Positions 42,167 through 51,020 of a stretch of 64,000 bases of DNA are shown here, piece after piece. Numbering within the stretch: the first letter of the stretch is position 1; every line of letters starts with the position of its first letter. Where the stretch lies: NCBI GenBank assembly GCA_015521325.1, contig WAOK01000001.1, positions 9,782-73,781 on the forward strand. Direction: 5' to 3'. The position numbers and the translations under genes are program-made. Below the pieces are notes generated by a model. That model saw nothing but the letters and a program-made list of their open reading frames with translations. It made no database searches and was not told the origin of the DNA. Origin of the DNA: Desulfurococcales archaeon. GTDB taxonomy: Archaea > Thermoproteota > Thermoprotei_A > Sulfolobales > NBVN01.

Positions 42167-43735
42167 GTGGTGAGTGCTGTGAAACTATTGCTAGTGACCA
42201 GCAGGGCGGCGGCCGACATGCTTGAGGAAGTGGTAAGAGACCTAAGAAGAAGATTTGGAGAGAAGGTCGAGTTCAAAGTGTTCGTGTCATCGATTCCGGT
42301 TGCTTCGCTGGCGAGCACCGAGTTTATCGGTAAGGAACTGATGAATTTCTTGAAGGGAAGAAAGGATTTCGATCTCATAGTCATTCCTGGGTTAGTGCAT
42401 GGTAGCGCGAGGATCGTGGAGGAGCTCACGGGAATAAAGTCCGTTAAGGGGCCTAGGTATGTCGGCGACCTCCCAGACTTCGTTGACATGCTCCTCGCGG
42501 GTTTCGAGTTCAGTCCGGACGTGCCAGCTGATGATCTACTAAGGGAGTTCATAGTTTCCGGCCTGGATGAGAAGGTCTCGAAACTCTCTGCTAAAAGCAA
42601 GGCATCTTTCTATGTAAGGGACATCAAGGTTCCGGTCAGACCCCCACCGCTCCTTTTGATCTATGAGACATCGGCTGACTCCGAGAAGGCGGTTGCTGAC
42701 GCAGTCTACGTAAAGGAGCTGGGCTTTGAGGGCGTTGTTATTGGGTGTGAGAGTTGGGGATGCCCTAAGAGCATGGTTAGGGAGACGATTAGGTGTGTTA
42801 GGAAGGTGTGGCCCAACGCTCTATTGGGGCTCGACGCAAGGGACTACTCCGACCTCACAGACATTATCGCCCTTAGCGATGTGGACGTGATCATGAATCT
42901 CACACACAAGGAGGTGAGGGAAATAGGCGGTGTGTTGCGGGGTAAAGTAGCGATTATTATTCCTGAGGCCGGTGCATCGGATCCTATTGACTCCGTTAGG
43001 AAGGGAGTGGAAGCAGCGGAATCGGTCGGAGCTAAGCCGATTATAGACCCAATGCTTCTGCCGCCACTTAATGGGCTTGCCAGCAGCCTCTTAACATTCT
43101 TTAGATCTCTTCATACCTTCAAAGAGTACCCGCACCTGATGGGTGCCCCAAATGTCTACGAATTAATAGATGCTGACTCACCCGGTATTGCGGCGATACT
43201 CACGTCTTTAGCTGTTGAGGCAGGTGCTTCGCTGATACTCGTAACCGAATCTAGTAATAAGGCGAGAGGTGTTGCCCAAGAGTTCGGTATTGCCCGCAGA
43301 ATGGTGCTACGGGCACTTGCCCGGAGATCCCCTCCCAAGGACGTGGGAGCATCACTGCTTATTCTCAAAGAGAAAAGAGATAGAAGTGTTAGGCCTCCAA
43401 AACTCAGTGTTCGTGAGGTTGTCGTTGACAGGTATGTGCCCCCGAGGCTCGATAGAGAGTACTTTGTCAAGATATACGTTGACAATGAAGAGGAGAGGAT
43501 TCTTGCCGACGTCTATACCGCCAAAGGAGATGTTGTGGTGCGTGTGTCGGGCAGGGACGCCCTTAGTATTGTCCGTGTCCTGCTTTCTGAGGTGCCCGGC
43601 ATAAGTAGAGAGCACGCCGCCTATCTGGGCTATGAGTTAGGTAAGGCGGAGATAGCGCTCAGGTTAATGAGATCGTACGTCCAGGACTTACCCCTCTTTG
43701 ATTTCTCTTACAGTCGGCGGTTCGCCAAGCCTTAA
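42167..43735 (+). CDS. large uncharacterised protein, tentatively dihydropteroate-synthase-like (pterin-binding) family
   Basis: 522 aa. N-terminal KLLLVTSRAAADML...FDLIVIPGLVHGSARIVEELTGIKSVKGP resembles my memory of archaeal DHPS-like proteins (MJ0107 type). Not verified. Confidence 0.35.
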   Translation: MVSAVKLLLVTSRAAADMLEEVVRDLRRRFGEKVEFKVFVSSIPVASLASTEFIGKELMNFLKGRKDFDLIVIPGLVHGSARIVEELTGIKSVKGPRYVGDLPDFVDMLLAGFEFSPDVPADDLLREFIVSGLDEKVSKLSAKSKASFYVRDIKVPVRPPPLLLIYETSADSEKAVADAVYVKELGFEGVVIGCESWGCPKSMVRETIRCVRKVWPNALLGLDARDYSDLTDIIALSDVDVIMNLTHKEVREIGGVLRGKVAIIIPEAGASDPIDSVRKGVEAAESVGAKPIIDPMLLPPLNGLASSLLTFFRSLHTFKEYPHLMGAPNVYELIDADSPGIAAILTSLAVEAGASLILVTESSNKARGVAQEFGIARRMVLRALARRSPPKDVGASLLILKEKRDRSVRPPKLSVREVVVDRYVPPRLDREYFVKIYVDNEEERILADVYTAKGDVVVRVSGRDALSIVRVLLSEVPGISREHAAYLGYELGKAEIALRLMRSYVQDLPLFDFSYSRRFAKP

Positions 43736-43771
43736 TAGCTTTCAAACTCCCACCTTCTTGGTAGAGAGAAG

Positions 43772-43996
43772 ATGGTGGTAGTAAGGAGGCTTGCTGTCGC
43801 AAGGAAGATAATCGGGAGAAAGAAGGTTAAGGACAAGGTCTACACCTACGAGTACTATACTCTACCGCTGAACCTGTACCTGCCTAAGTCAATGGTTGAG
43901 AAATGGGGCACAGAATTCATTGTGGAGCGCGATGATGAGAAAGGTATCATCACTATAAAGCCAAAGAAACTCGAGGAAAGTAAGGGCGGGTCATGA
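43772..43996 (+). CDS. small basic protein, possibly AbrB/SpoVT-like swapped-hairpin DNA binder
   Basis: 74 aa. YYTLPLNLYLPKSMVEKWGTEFIVERDDEKGIITIKP resembles the AbrB-type pattern (v.iPk.i...g...G..v.v....g.I.i.P). ATGA overlap with ogt. Confidence 0.35.
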   Translation: MVVVRRLAVARKIIGRKKVKDKVYTYEYYTLPLNLYLPKSMVEKWGTEFIVERDDEKGIITIKPKKLEESKGGS

Positions 43997-44397
43997 AGAG
44001 GGCAGTGGTTCTTGTAGAGAGTGAAGGGCGTCTCAAGCCCCCTGGGCCGGGCGAGTACCTTGACGCGTTGGGAGAAGCGGTATATGCCTTAATTCAGCTT
44101 GTTCCGCCGGGCTGTGTCGTATCGTACTCAGATATCGCTAAGGCCCTAGGTCTGTCGCCGAGACTCGTGGCGCTCATCATGAAGAGGAACAGGCACCCAA
44201 TAGTGATACCGTGCCATAGGGTCGTCATGAAGAACGGCTCCCTCGGGGGCTACACGTTTAGGGGTAGGCCGAACCCCTCGCTCAAGAGGGCATTACTCGC
44301 GCTTGAGGGTGTCGTTTTTCGGGATAATGGAAGAGTGGATTATGAGGCACTGGAGTGCGGTAAGCGGGTGCTGAGGTCCCTTATCCGGAGGTGGTGA
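43993..44397 (+). CDS. ogt: methylated-DNA--protein-cysteine methyltransferase (Ogt/MGMT, short form)
   Basis: Active-site IPCHRVV plus the upstream HTH YSDIAKALG..PR.V. Confidence 0.75.
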   Translation: MKRAVVLVESEGRLKPPGPGEYLDALGEAVYALIQLVPPGCVVSYSDIAKALGLSPRLVALIMKRNRHPIVIPCHRVVMKNGSLGGYTFRGRPNPSLKRALLALEGVVFRDNGRVDYEALECGKRVLRSLIRRW

Positions 44398-44400
44398 GGG

Positions 44401-45534
44401 ATGAGGGAGGACTGGTACCTAGTGAGGCCGGACGCTATTTATGTGTGGTCATCCGAGACCGTGAAGAGGAAGCTGTCCTGGTACATGAGGGTCATGCTCG
44501 GTAGGGAGCCGCCTAAGTTCATGATCGCTAGATCATACGGTACGGGCGTGGAGAAGCGTTCGTTTAGTGAGATGAGCCTTACTGAGTTACTTCGCGTGCA
44601 TGAGTCTGTCTCTAGGGAGTTCCGAGAGCTCATGAAGCAGATCATGAGATCGGGCGGTGGCTGGGAACACGTGAAGGAGGAACTGAGTGAGGCTTCTCTG
44701 CTGGATCTGAAGATCGAGATCATGCACAGATTGGTCAAGGAATGCTCACTCTGCGAGCACAGATGCGGTGTGGATAGGAGAGAAAGGAAAGGTGTATGCA
44801 GAGTAGGGTACTACCCACGTGTCTCTTCGTACTTCCTCCACTTGGGCGAGGAAGCTCCGCTGGTTCCGAGTGGCACGATATTCTATACTGGCTGTAACTT
44901 CAGGTGCGTGTTTTGCCAAAACTATGACATATCACAAGTAGATATAGAGTCCGGTATCGAGGTCGATGCTAGGGAACTCGCCAGGATACAGGAGGAACTT
45001 GCGGAGTCAGGTGCAAGAAACATAAACCATGTAGGAGGGGAGCCAACGCCTAACATGCATGTGATAGTGGAGTCGATGAAGTACCTTGGGAAGCCAGTGC
45101 CGCAGCTATGGAACAGTAACATGTACATGACCAGCATGGCCCTTGATGTGCTCCGAGACCTGATAGACATATGGTTACCTGACTTCAAGTACGGCAATAA
45201 TGAGTGTGCGCTCAGATTATCCGCTGCCAAGAACTACTTTGATGTAGTCACGCGCAACCTGTCCGTTGTCTGCGGTTCCGGCGATCCAATAATAATCAGG
45301 CACCTAGTTCTCCCAAACCATCTAGATTGCTGTACCGAGCCCGTGCTCAAGTGGGTGGCGAGTCACTGCAGGAACGCCCTTGTCAACATAATGGATCAGT
45401 ATAGGCCGATGTTCTGGGTACTCCGCTCGAGCAGGAGGTATAGAGACATAGCAAGGAGGCCGTATAGGTCGGAGATAATGAGAGCCTATAATATAGCTGA
45501 TGAACTTGGGCTTGATTACAAAGAGATTAGTTAA
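44401..45534 (+). CDS. radical SAM protein (PflX-like, pyruvate formate-lyase activase homolog)
   Basis: CNFRCVFCQN (CxxxCxxC) preceded by the extra Cys cluster CSLCEHRCGVDRRERKGVC. Confidence 0.7.
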   Translation: MREDWYLVRPDAIYVWSSETVKRKLSWYMRVMLGREPPKFMIARSYGTGVEKRSFSEMSLTELLRVHESVSREFRELMKQIMRSGGGWEHVKEELSEASLLDLKIEIMHRLVKECSLCEHRCGVDRRERKGVCRVGYYPRVSSYFLHLGEEAPLVPSGTIFYTGCNFRCVFCQNYDISQVDIESGIEVDARELARIQEELAESGARNINHVGGEPTPNMHVIVESMKYLGKPVPQLWNSNMYMTSMALDVLRDLIDIWLPDFKYGNNECALRLSAAKNYFDVVTRNLSVVCGSGDPIIIRHLVLPNHLDCCTEPVLKWVASHCRNALVNIMDQYRPMFWVLRSSRRYRDIARRPYRSEIMRAYNIADELGLDYKEIS

Positions 45535-45535
45535 G

Positions 45536-45594
45536 GGTTTCAGCGCAGCTCAGCGTCATCACAGCCTCAGGCCGCCTCCATTCATCATGTCCGC
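45536..45594 (-). ncRNA. C/D box sRNA (2'-O-methylation guide)
   Basis: Minus strand reads ggac-AUGAUGA-auggaggcggc-CUGA-ggcu-GUGAUGA-cgcugagcugcg-CUGA-aaccc. C 45582-45588, D' 45567-45570, C' 45556-45562, D 45540-45543. Spacers are 11 and 12 nt. Lies in an intergenic gap. Confidence 0.8.
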
Positions 45595-45653
45595 GACCTG
45601 TGTGCTCTGGCCTACTTAATACTGACGGTGTCAATAGGGCTTAGGAGGACGTC

Positions 45654-46061
45654 ATGAGGTTGAGGGATAACATAATTGATTCCAGGCTTGTTGGAAGAAT
45701 GATAAGGGTCTACACCCTCTGCGGCAAGGTGATTGAGGGGATACTGGATGAGGTGACTCGTTACGAGCTCGGGATAAGGACGTCTACGAGTGCTGTCGTC
45801 GTTATGAGGCACTCCATAGTGAAGGTCGCTGTCTCTGAGAGTGACATACATGGGGGCGGTAGCGTGGAGGTGGACACAGTCATAACGAGTGACTTCATCG
45901 GCGAGGACGTAACTATACTCCTAAACAGTTGCGAGGAGATCAGTGGAAAGCTCATGAAGCTCTCGAAGTACGAGATAGGTGTAGTGACGGGTGAGGAGAC
46001 ATACATAGTGCCTAAGTCGGCGATCGTTTATGTCGTGCTGGCGGAGTTCGAGGAGGAGTGA
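45654..46061 (+). CDS. tandem Sm-fold (LSm/Hfq-like) protein, internal duplication
   Basis: Two ~53-aa repeats: SRLVGRMIRVYTLCGKVIEGILDEVTRYELGIRTSTSAVVVMRHSIVKVAVSE / SDFIGEDVTILLNSCEEISGKLMKLSKYEIGVVTGEETYIVPKSAIVYVVLAE. Confidence 0.5.
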   Translation: MRLRDNIIDSRLVGRMIRVYTLCGKVIEGILDEVTRYELGIRTSTSAVVVMRHSIVKVAVSESDIHGGGSVEVDTVITSDFIGEDVTILLNSCEEISGKLMKLSKYEIGVVTGEETYIVPKSAIVYVVLAEFEEE

Positions 46062-46390
46062 TCGCTTTCCCTCCCCAGGAGCTTGAAGCGAATGACCTTT
46101 ACCCTTGTGTCGTCGCCGATTTTCTTACCGTATATTTTCTTAAGGGCCTTCACCAGTTCCTCACGTGTCTCAAAACCGTCTCTCCTTGCGTCCTCATCAG
46201 TGAGCTGTGAGACGGTTTTTTCCTCAACAGACTCTACCCTAGCAGTGCCTATCTTAACCATCCCCGCGACTATGTCGACGACGTCGCCCTTCTTTAGGCT
46301 AGTGTTCAGTCTAACAGTGCTTTCCTTCCTTCCATCGAGTATGTCGGCAGCGTAGGCAGCCCTGAACGTTATTCTTTTTCTCCTTGCCAT
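46028..46390 (-). CDS. ASCH (PUA-like) domain protein
   Basis: From MARRKRITF (CAT 46388-46390): FRAAYAADILDGRKESTVR...GDVVDIV...TDEDARRDGFETREELVKALKKIY is the typical ASCH pattern. Confidence 0.6.
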   Translation of the reverse strand: MARRKRITFRAAYAADILDGRKESTVRLNTSLKKGDVVDIVAGMVKIGTARVESVEEKTVSQLTDEDARRDGFETREELVKALKKIYGKKIGDDTRVKVIRFKLLGRESDHSSSNSASTT

Positions 46391-46446
46391 AGCCCCTCCT
46401 TTTAATAGTTGCGGCAACAGAAGTTTAATAATAGAGGGTGATGTGA

Positions 46447-47124
46447 ATGAGAATTCTAAGGAGGCTGCTCTCCTCGGGCGAGGAAAAGATCTTTGGGATG
46501 CTGTCCCAGCACGCTGACCTCTCAGTGAGGTCGCTGAGGACAATAATGGACGTCCTTAGCAAGGATGAGGTGACACCGCTGACTCTAGAGCGAATGATGT
46601 TCGAGGTATCAGCTAACGAGAGCAGGGGCGACGGGATGATTCGGGAGCTGTCGGCCTCAATCTCTAAGGGTGCTGTCCCTGTGGCGCTCATAGGCGACTT
46701 CGAAATGCTCATGGACAGGCTGGATGACGTGCTCGACCTGGTTAACTTCGTTGCTAAGGAACTCAGCAGGGGGTTTCGGGTAGGTCTCCACAGGAAGGAG
46801 GAAGTTAAGAAGGTTTATACAGAGATTAAGAAGATGATTGATCACGCGCTCAGGGCTACCGAGAGCCTCTCGGCACTCCTAGCAGCTGCCCTCCGGGATT
46901 TCAAGGAGATCCAGAAGTATGATGAGCTAATAGACAAGATTGAGGACAGGGTCGACGATATCAAGAACAACGCAATAGACCTCATATACAGCATGGGCAA
47001 CAACATAGACGCCATAACGTTTAACCACTTAATGGAGCTTGTTCGCACGCTTGACTCAGTGGTTGATGCGTGCGAGGATGTCTCACACATGGTGCTGAAG
47101 ATAGTGAGTAGCTTCTTTTACTGA
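46447..47124 (+). CDS. PhoU-like phosphate-transport regulator (DUF47 family)
   Basis: 225 aa helical protein. Classic pairing directly upstream of a PiT-type transporter. Confidence 0.65.
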   Translation: MRILRRLLSSGEEKIFGMLSQHADLSVRSLRTIMDVLSKDEVTPLTLERMMFEVSANESRGDGMIRELSASISKGAVPVALIGDFEMLMDRLDDVLDLVNFVAKELSRGFRVGLHRKEEVKKVYTEIKKMIDHALRATESLSALLAAALRDFKEIQKYDELIDKIEDRVDDIKNNAIDLIYSMGNNIDAITFNHLMELVRTLDSVVDACEDVSHMVLKIVSSFFY

Positions 47125-47150
47125 TCAAGAAATGAATCGGTGCTCTAGCC

Positions 47151-48077
47151 ATGGTGGTAGAGGAGCTGGCCCTGTTCGGTTCAGCACTCCTGTTTGCTGT
47201 GATGACCGTATCCGTAGCGAACAATATGGGCGTGATTATCGGCCCAGGCTCGAGCACGAGGATACTCAGGCCGAACACCTTGAGACTGTTCTCAATAATC
47301 GGGCTGGCACTAGGCTATGTCGTTGAAGGCTGGAAGGTTAGGGCGGACGTAGGCCTTAGTGTAGATGGTGAGATCGCTGCCTCGCTCACCGTGCTCATCT
47401 TCCTCGGCGTCCTCACACTCTTCGGCAGAGCGACATCCATAACCCAGCTAATGTTCGCATTCGTTGTCGGGGTCTCGGTGGCCCGCGGAGACCAGTCGTC
47501 GCTCGGTTTCGTCACTGAAGTTCTGACCTATTGGTTAGTCGCTATTGTACTATCCGTTCTTGCCTCCATGCTCATTACCTCGTTTATGAAGGGAAAGGGC
47601 CCGTTCTCTGTTCTTGGCTCAATAACTGTATTAAAGGGTGTCACTCTCATAATGATATTCCTAACAGCGTACGTTCTGGGGGCTAACACCCTGGGCTTCG
47701 TCGCCTCATTCGTACCCTCTCCTGACGGACCCGCCTCCCTGCTAGCGGCGCTGTCAGGGATAGTTGTGGGGGCATACATTACCGACGTTAGGGGAAGCGT
47801 GTACTCCACAGGGCTCGTCGGGTTAAGGTACGTGAGTAGCTTGACACCCTATGTTAGCGCTATGCTGCTTACTGAGGTAGGTACCCAGTTGGGTGTGCCG
47901 TTACCCCTCTCTATGAGCGTATTCTTCGGTCTCATAGGGTCAGCCCTTGCTATGAGGCTCCGCATCATACCTTACAGAAAGGTAATTCATTACTTCGTGA
48001 CGGCGTGGCTAGCACCATTCCTGTTCATGGTGTTTGTTTCGTGGCTTCTTTATCGTCTCCTGCCTCTTCAGCTATGA
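47151..48077 (+). CDS. inorganic phosphate transporter, PiT family (divergent)
   Basis: 308 aa polytopic. VSVANNMGVIIGPGSSTRIL...FSIIGLALGYVVEGWKV parallels the PiT motif GaNDvAN.iG..vgs..l. Partnered with DUF47. Confidence 0.55.
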   Translation: MVVEELALFGSALLFAVMTVSVANNMGVIIGPGSSTRILRPNTLRLFSIIGLALGYVVEGWKVRADVGLSVDGEIAASLTVLIFLGVLTLFGRATSITQLMFAFVVGVSVARGDQSSLGFVTEVLTYWLVAIVLSVLASMLITSFMKGKGPFSVLGSITVLKGVTLIMIFLTAYVLGANTLGFVASFVPSPDGPASLLAALSGIVVGAYITDVRGSVYSTGLVGLRYVSSLTPYVSAMLLTEVGTQLGVPLPLSMSVFFGLIGSALAMRLRIIPYRKVIHYFVTAWLAPFLFMVFVSWLLYRLLPLQL

Positions 48078-50064
48078 CCTCCCTGGATGACCTGTATGCG
48101 TTGATCAAGGCCTCGAGCTTCTCAACAGTTAGCTCCTTCTTTCTTTTCTCCTCAAGCAGTAGCTTATTCAGAGCGGCCCGGGCACTGCTGACGGCAAGCA
48201 TAACACTGCTCGGTAACACCGAGACCCATCCCACGCTGATCAACGGCTCGTCATACACGGTCGCCACAGGCAACCTATACTTCCTCATCAGTTTCGCATC
48301 CCCTCCCCTCCTGACGAGCATGACAGCGGATCTCCTGGAGAGGTAGTCAGCCACACGCGGGGAGGGCTCGTCCACGAGGACGTACTCGCCCTCACGGACC
48401 CTGCCAAGCACCTTCTCGCTCTTTTTCAGGTCATCGAGATCCTTGACATGTCGCACCAGGAGGGAGTACCCGCGGAATATGCTGTATATTACCGGCTCAA
48501 AGGACTCCACATTGCTTCGGAGGGAATCAACCTCCCGCCTCAACTCGTCAACGTATCTCGTCAAGGACTCAACCCTGCTCTGGAGCTCGCGTATCTTCCT
48601 GTCCCGAAGGATGTGGATGCGCGACTCAGATCTTTGTTCCTCCAGCCTCCTCTCTAGCTCCCGCACCCTCGCCTCCATGTTCTCGAGTTGTTTCCTCAGT
48701 TTATCATTCTCTGCCTGCAGCACCTCGTTCTCCCTTATTAATTCATTAATTCTCTCAGTCAGCTCACTCTCACGGCGCTCCTTGACGCTGGCGCTGTGTC
48801 CTCCGGACGTGAGTTTTACGTTGCCTAAGTAGTCGTTTATAGCTGTCTCGACTATCTCAACGAGTGGCACGTCCTTGACGACGAGGTGAGCGTACCTGTG
48901 GATGTTTGGTGAGAGGAGGCCCATCCTCTCTAGCTCTCTCCTCAGCTTCTCGAGCTTGGACGCTATAGATCTGTAGGCGAGCACTGCGGCAGCGAGAGCA
49001 TCCCTCTCGTGTGTGGTTCTCACGTTTATGTTCCTCGGCGCAGCGAATTCCCTCACTATCTCCTCCTTCTCGGAGGTGCTCAGTGTGCGGGGCGGGTAAT
49101 AGAGTTGGGCACCTAGCATTGCAGCGACTTTCTTGACCATCTCGGGCGGCGGGTTCGTGTCCGCCGACACGATGAGGGGGACACCGGCTGATGAGACGAC
49201 CGAGACTATGTCTCCCTTGCCGAACTCTTTCGCTGAGTGGAGTGCTACGAGCTTGCCCTCGACGTCAAGTATTGCCAGACCGCTCTCTATTCCTGGGTCT
49301 ATCCCGATTATCAGGTATCTCTTTCTCTCGCCCTCGGTGACCGTGGCGATCTTTTTGATTGTTGCTGGTTTAATGATTACTCTCACGTTCCTGCTCCTGA
49401 TGTTGCTGATCACTCCCTTGAGATCGTCTCTTGAGGCGTACACTATGAATACGGCCCTCTCTATCCCGCCAACGCTTCGCCTCACATAGAGTTCGTAGGT
49501 CAGGCCCATGGAATCGAGCTTTTCTCGGATCCTCTTCATCATCCTGGCGACAGCCGCCCTCATCCTCCTCTGGAACTTCTCCGATCTTGAGCCGCCAGCG
49601 TACCCTCCTCTGCCCTTCGTGACTATGATGCGGACCCTCCGCTCGATGACATCCAGCCTCTTTCCTATGCCCCTGGCTGCCAATAGGGCGTTGATTATGG
49701 CGGTCTTCTCCGCGGAAGGGTGGCCCTTACCTATGCTCAGGCCCGCTAACCTTGCTGCCTCCCTCAGGCTCATGTGTCCTTTCTCCGTGAGGGTCACCTG
49801 AACTATTCTTGTGTCGGGTGGCATCAGCCCGATAACTCGATCCAGGGCCTCCGAGGTTCCTCCTAGTTCATATATGTTGTCCACCGCCAAAACGGATGGT
49901 CTGTTCTCCCACAACGTCCTTATGATTCTTCCTATGCCCCCCTCCTCAATCCTCTCGACCTTCCCATCCCTGACTACAGCTATTGCATACCTGAAGTCGG
50001 CTAGCCTTGAACCAACCCTGACGACGTCGATCCCCACGTAAGTGGGGCTCTCCTCAGATCTCAT
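48025..50064 (-). CDS. DUF460-type archaeal protein (RNase H-fold modules plus long coiled coil)
   Basis: YVGIDVV... and YLIIGIDPGIESGLAILDVEGK...THERDALAAAVLAYR RNase H/RuvC-like modules, followed by ~100 aa of heptad-rich sequence. Confidence 0.6.
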   Translation of the reverse strand: MRSEESPTYVGIDVVRVGSRLADFRYAIAVVRDGKVERIEEGGIGRIIRTLWENRPSVLAVDNIYELGGTSEALDRVIGLMPPDTRIVQVTLTEKGHMSLREAARLAGLSIGKGHPSAEKTAIINALLAARGIGKRLDVIERRVRIIVTKGRGGYAGGSRSEKFQRRMRAAVARMMKRIREKLDSMGLTYELYVRRSVGGIERAVFIVYASRDDLKGVISNIRSRNVRVIIKPATIKKIATVTEGERKRYLIIGIDPGIESGLAILDVEGKLVALHSAKEFGKGDIVSVVSSAGVPLIVSADTNPPPEMVKKVAAMLGAQLYYPPRTLSTSEKEEIVREFAAPRNINVRTTHERDALAAAVLAYRSIASKLEKLRRELERMGLLSPNIHRYAHLVVKDVPLVEIVETAINDYLGNVKLTSGGHSASVKERRESELTERINELIRENEVLQAENDKLRKQLENMEARVRELERRLEEQRSESRIHILRDRKIRELQSRVESLTRYVDELRREVDSLRSNVESFEPVIYSIFRGYSLLVRHVKDLDDLKKSEKVLGRVREGEYVLVDEPSPRVADYLSRRSAVMLVRRGGDAKLMRKYRLPVATVYDEPLISVGWVSVLPSSVMLAVSSARAALNKLLLEEKRKKELTVEKLEALINAYRSSREVIAEEAGDDKEATKQTP

Positions 50065-50947
50065 CAGTTTCCCCCTTCACATAGCGAAGGGCTTGATCTA
50101 CGTCCAACTCGACACCGTAACGGCGTTTAAAGAACTTGATCACGTAGAGGGTGTCACGCCTGAGGAGCTCCTGCGCCCTAGGGTCGTCCCTGTACACGTA
50201 CTGTGGCCAGTCTATTATGTAGGGTATTTCGCCTGCCTCAACATCAACAATTACGTTGTACTCGCTGAGGTCGCCGTGTACTATGCCGACATCGTTGTAG
50301 GCTACCCTAATGACCTCGAGGATTTTCCGGAGTATGCTTAGAGGGTCATTAGCCTCGCGATACCTATAGAGCTCAACGCCGTTGATGAACTCTGTGACCA
50401 CGGCGTGCCTGTTCCAGCCGAACGCCTCGGGGACGTATTTCGTGTACTTCCTCAGGTCAAGCAGTGCCTTGTACTCCCTCTCGGCGGCTACCTTCGACCT
50501 GATCAGCCAGTTAACCTCGTCTGTGAGGTAATCCCTAACTCTCACAACCTTCTGGAAACTCACTCTACCTATCTTGTATAGCTTAAGCGCCACTACCTTG
50601 TCTTCAGCGTTTTTTGCTAAATAGATCTCGCTCTCCTTCCCCATACCTATCTGGGGCCCCAGATGAGTTATCACGTTCCTGTCGACTAGCGTTCTTATGG
50701 CGAGGCAGTCAAGGCCTAGATACGTCAGCCTATATCCTAGTCTTGGAGCAGGGCTTCTAGCTATCACTTTAAGCTTGTGCATCTTATCTAATCTCTTAGC
50801 GAGCGCCTTCGATGGTATCTTGGTTCTTCTTTCAATGATCTCCGCTGGCACGTATTCGTATTGTGTGAGGAGCCTGTCAAGGAGCCTCAGTATGCGGTAG
50901 TCAACCTTGTCCAGAGACCTACACGTATCCGCTAGCAGCGTCGTCAA
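50054..50947 (-). CDS. rio2: RIO-type serine/threonine kinase Rio2
   Basis: N-terminal wHTH (DYRILRLLDRLLTQYEYVP), then GKESEIYLA, LKLYK, IVHGDLSEYNVIV RIO motifs. Confidence 0.85.
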   Translation of the reverse strand: MTTLLADTCRSLDKVDYRILRLLDRLLTQYEYVPAEIIERRTKIPSKALAKRLDKMHKLKVIARSPAPRLGYRLTYLGLDCLAIRTLVDRNVITHLGPQIGMGKESEIYLAKNAEDKVVALKLYKIGRVSFQKVVRVRDYLTDEVNWLIRSKVAAEREYKALLDLRKYTKYVPEAFGWNRHAVVTEFINGVELYRYREANDPLSILRKILEVIRVAYNDVGIVHGDLSEYNVIVDVEAGEIPYIIDWPQYVYRDDPRAQELLRRDTLYVIKFFKRRYGVELDVDQALRYVKGETDEI

Positions 50948-51020
50948 TCTAGCACCTGATTATTTTGGGAAGGCGCCCCTTAACCTTAGCGGGTCACTAA
51001 TGGAGTAGGGAAAAATGGTG

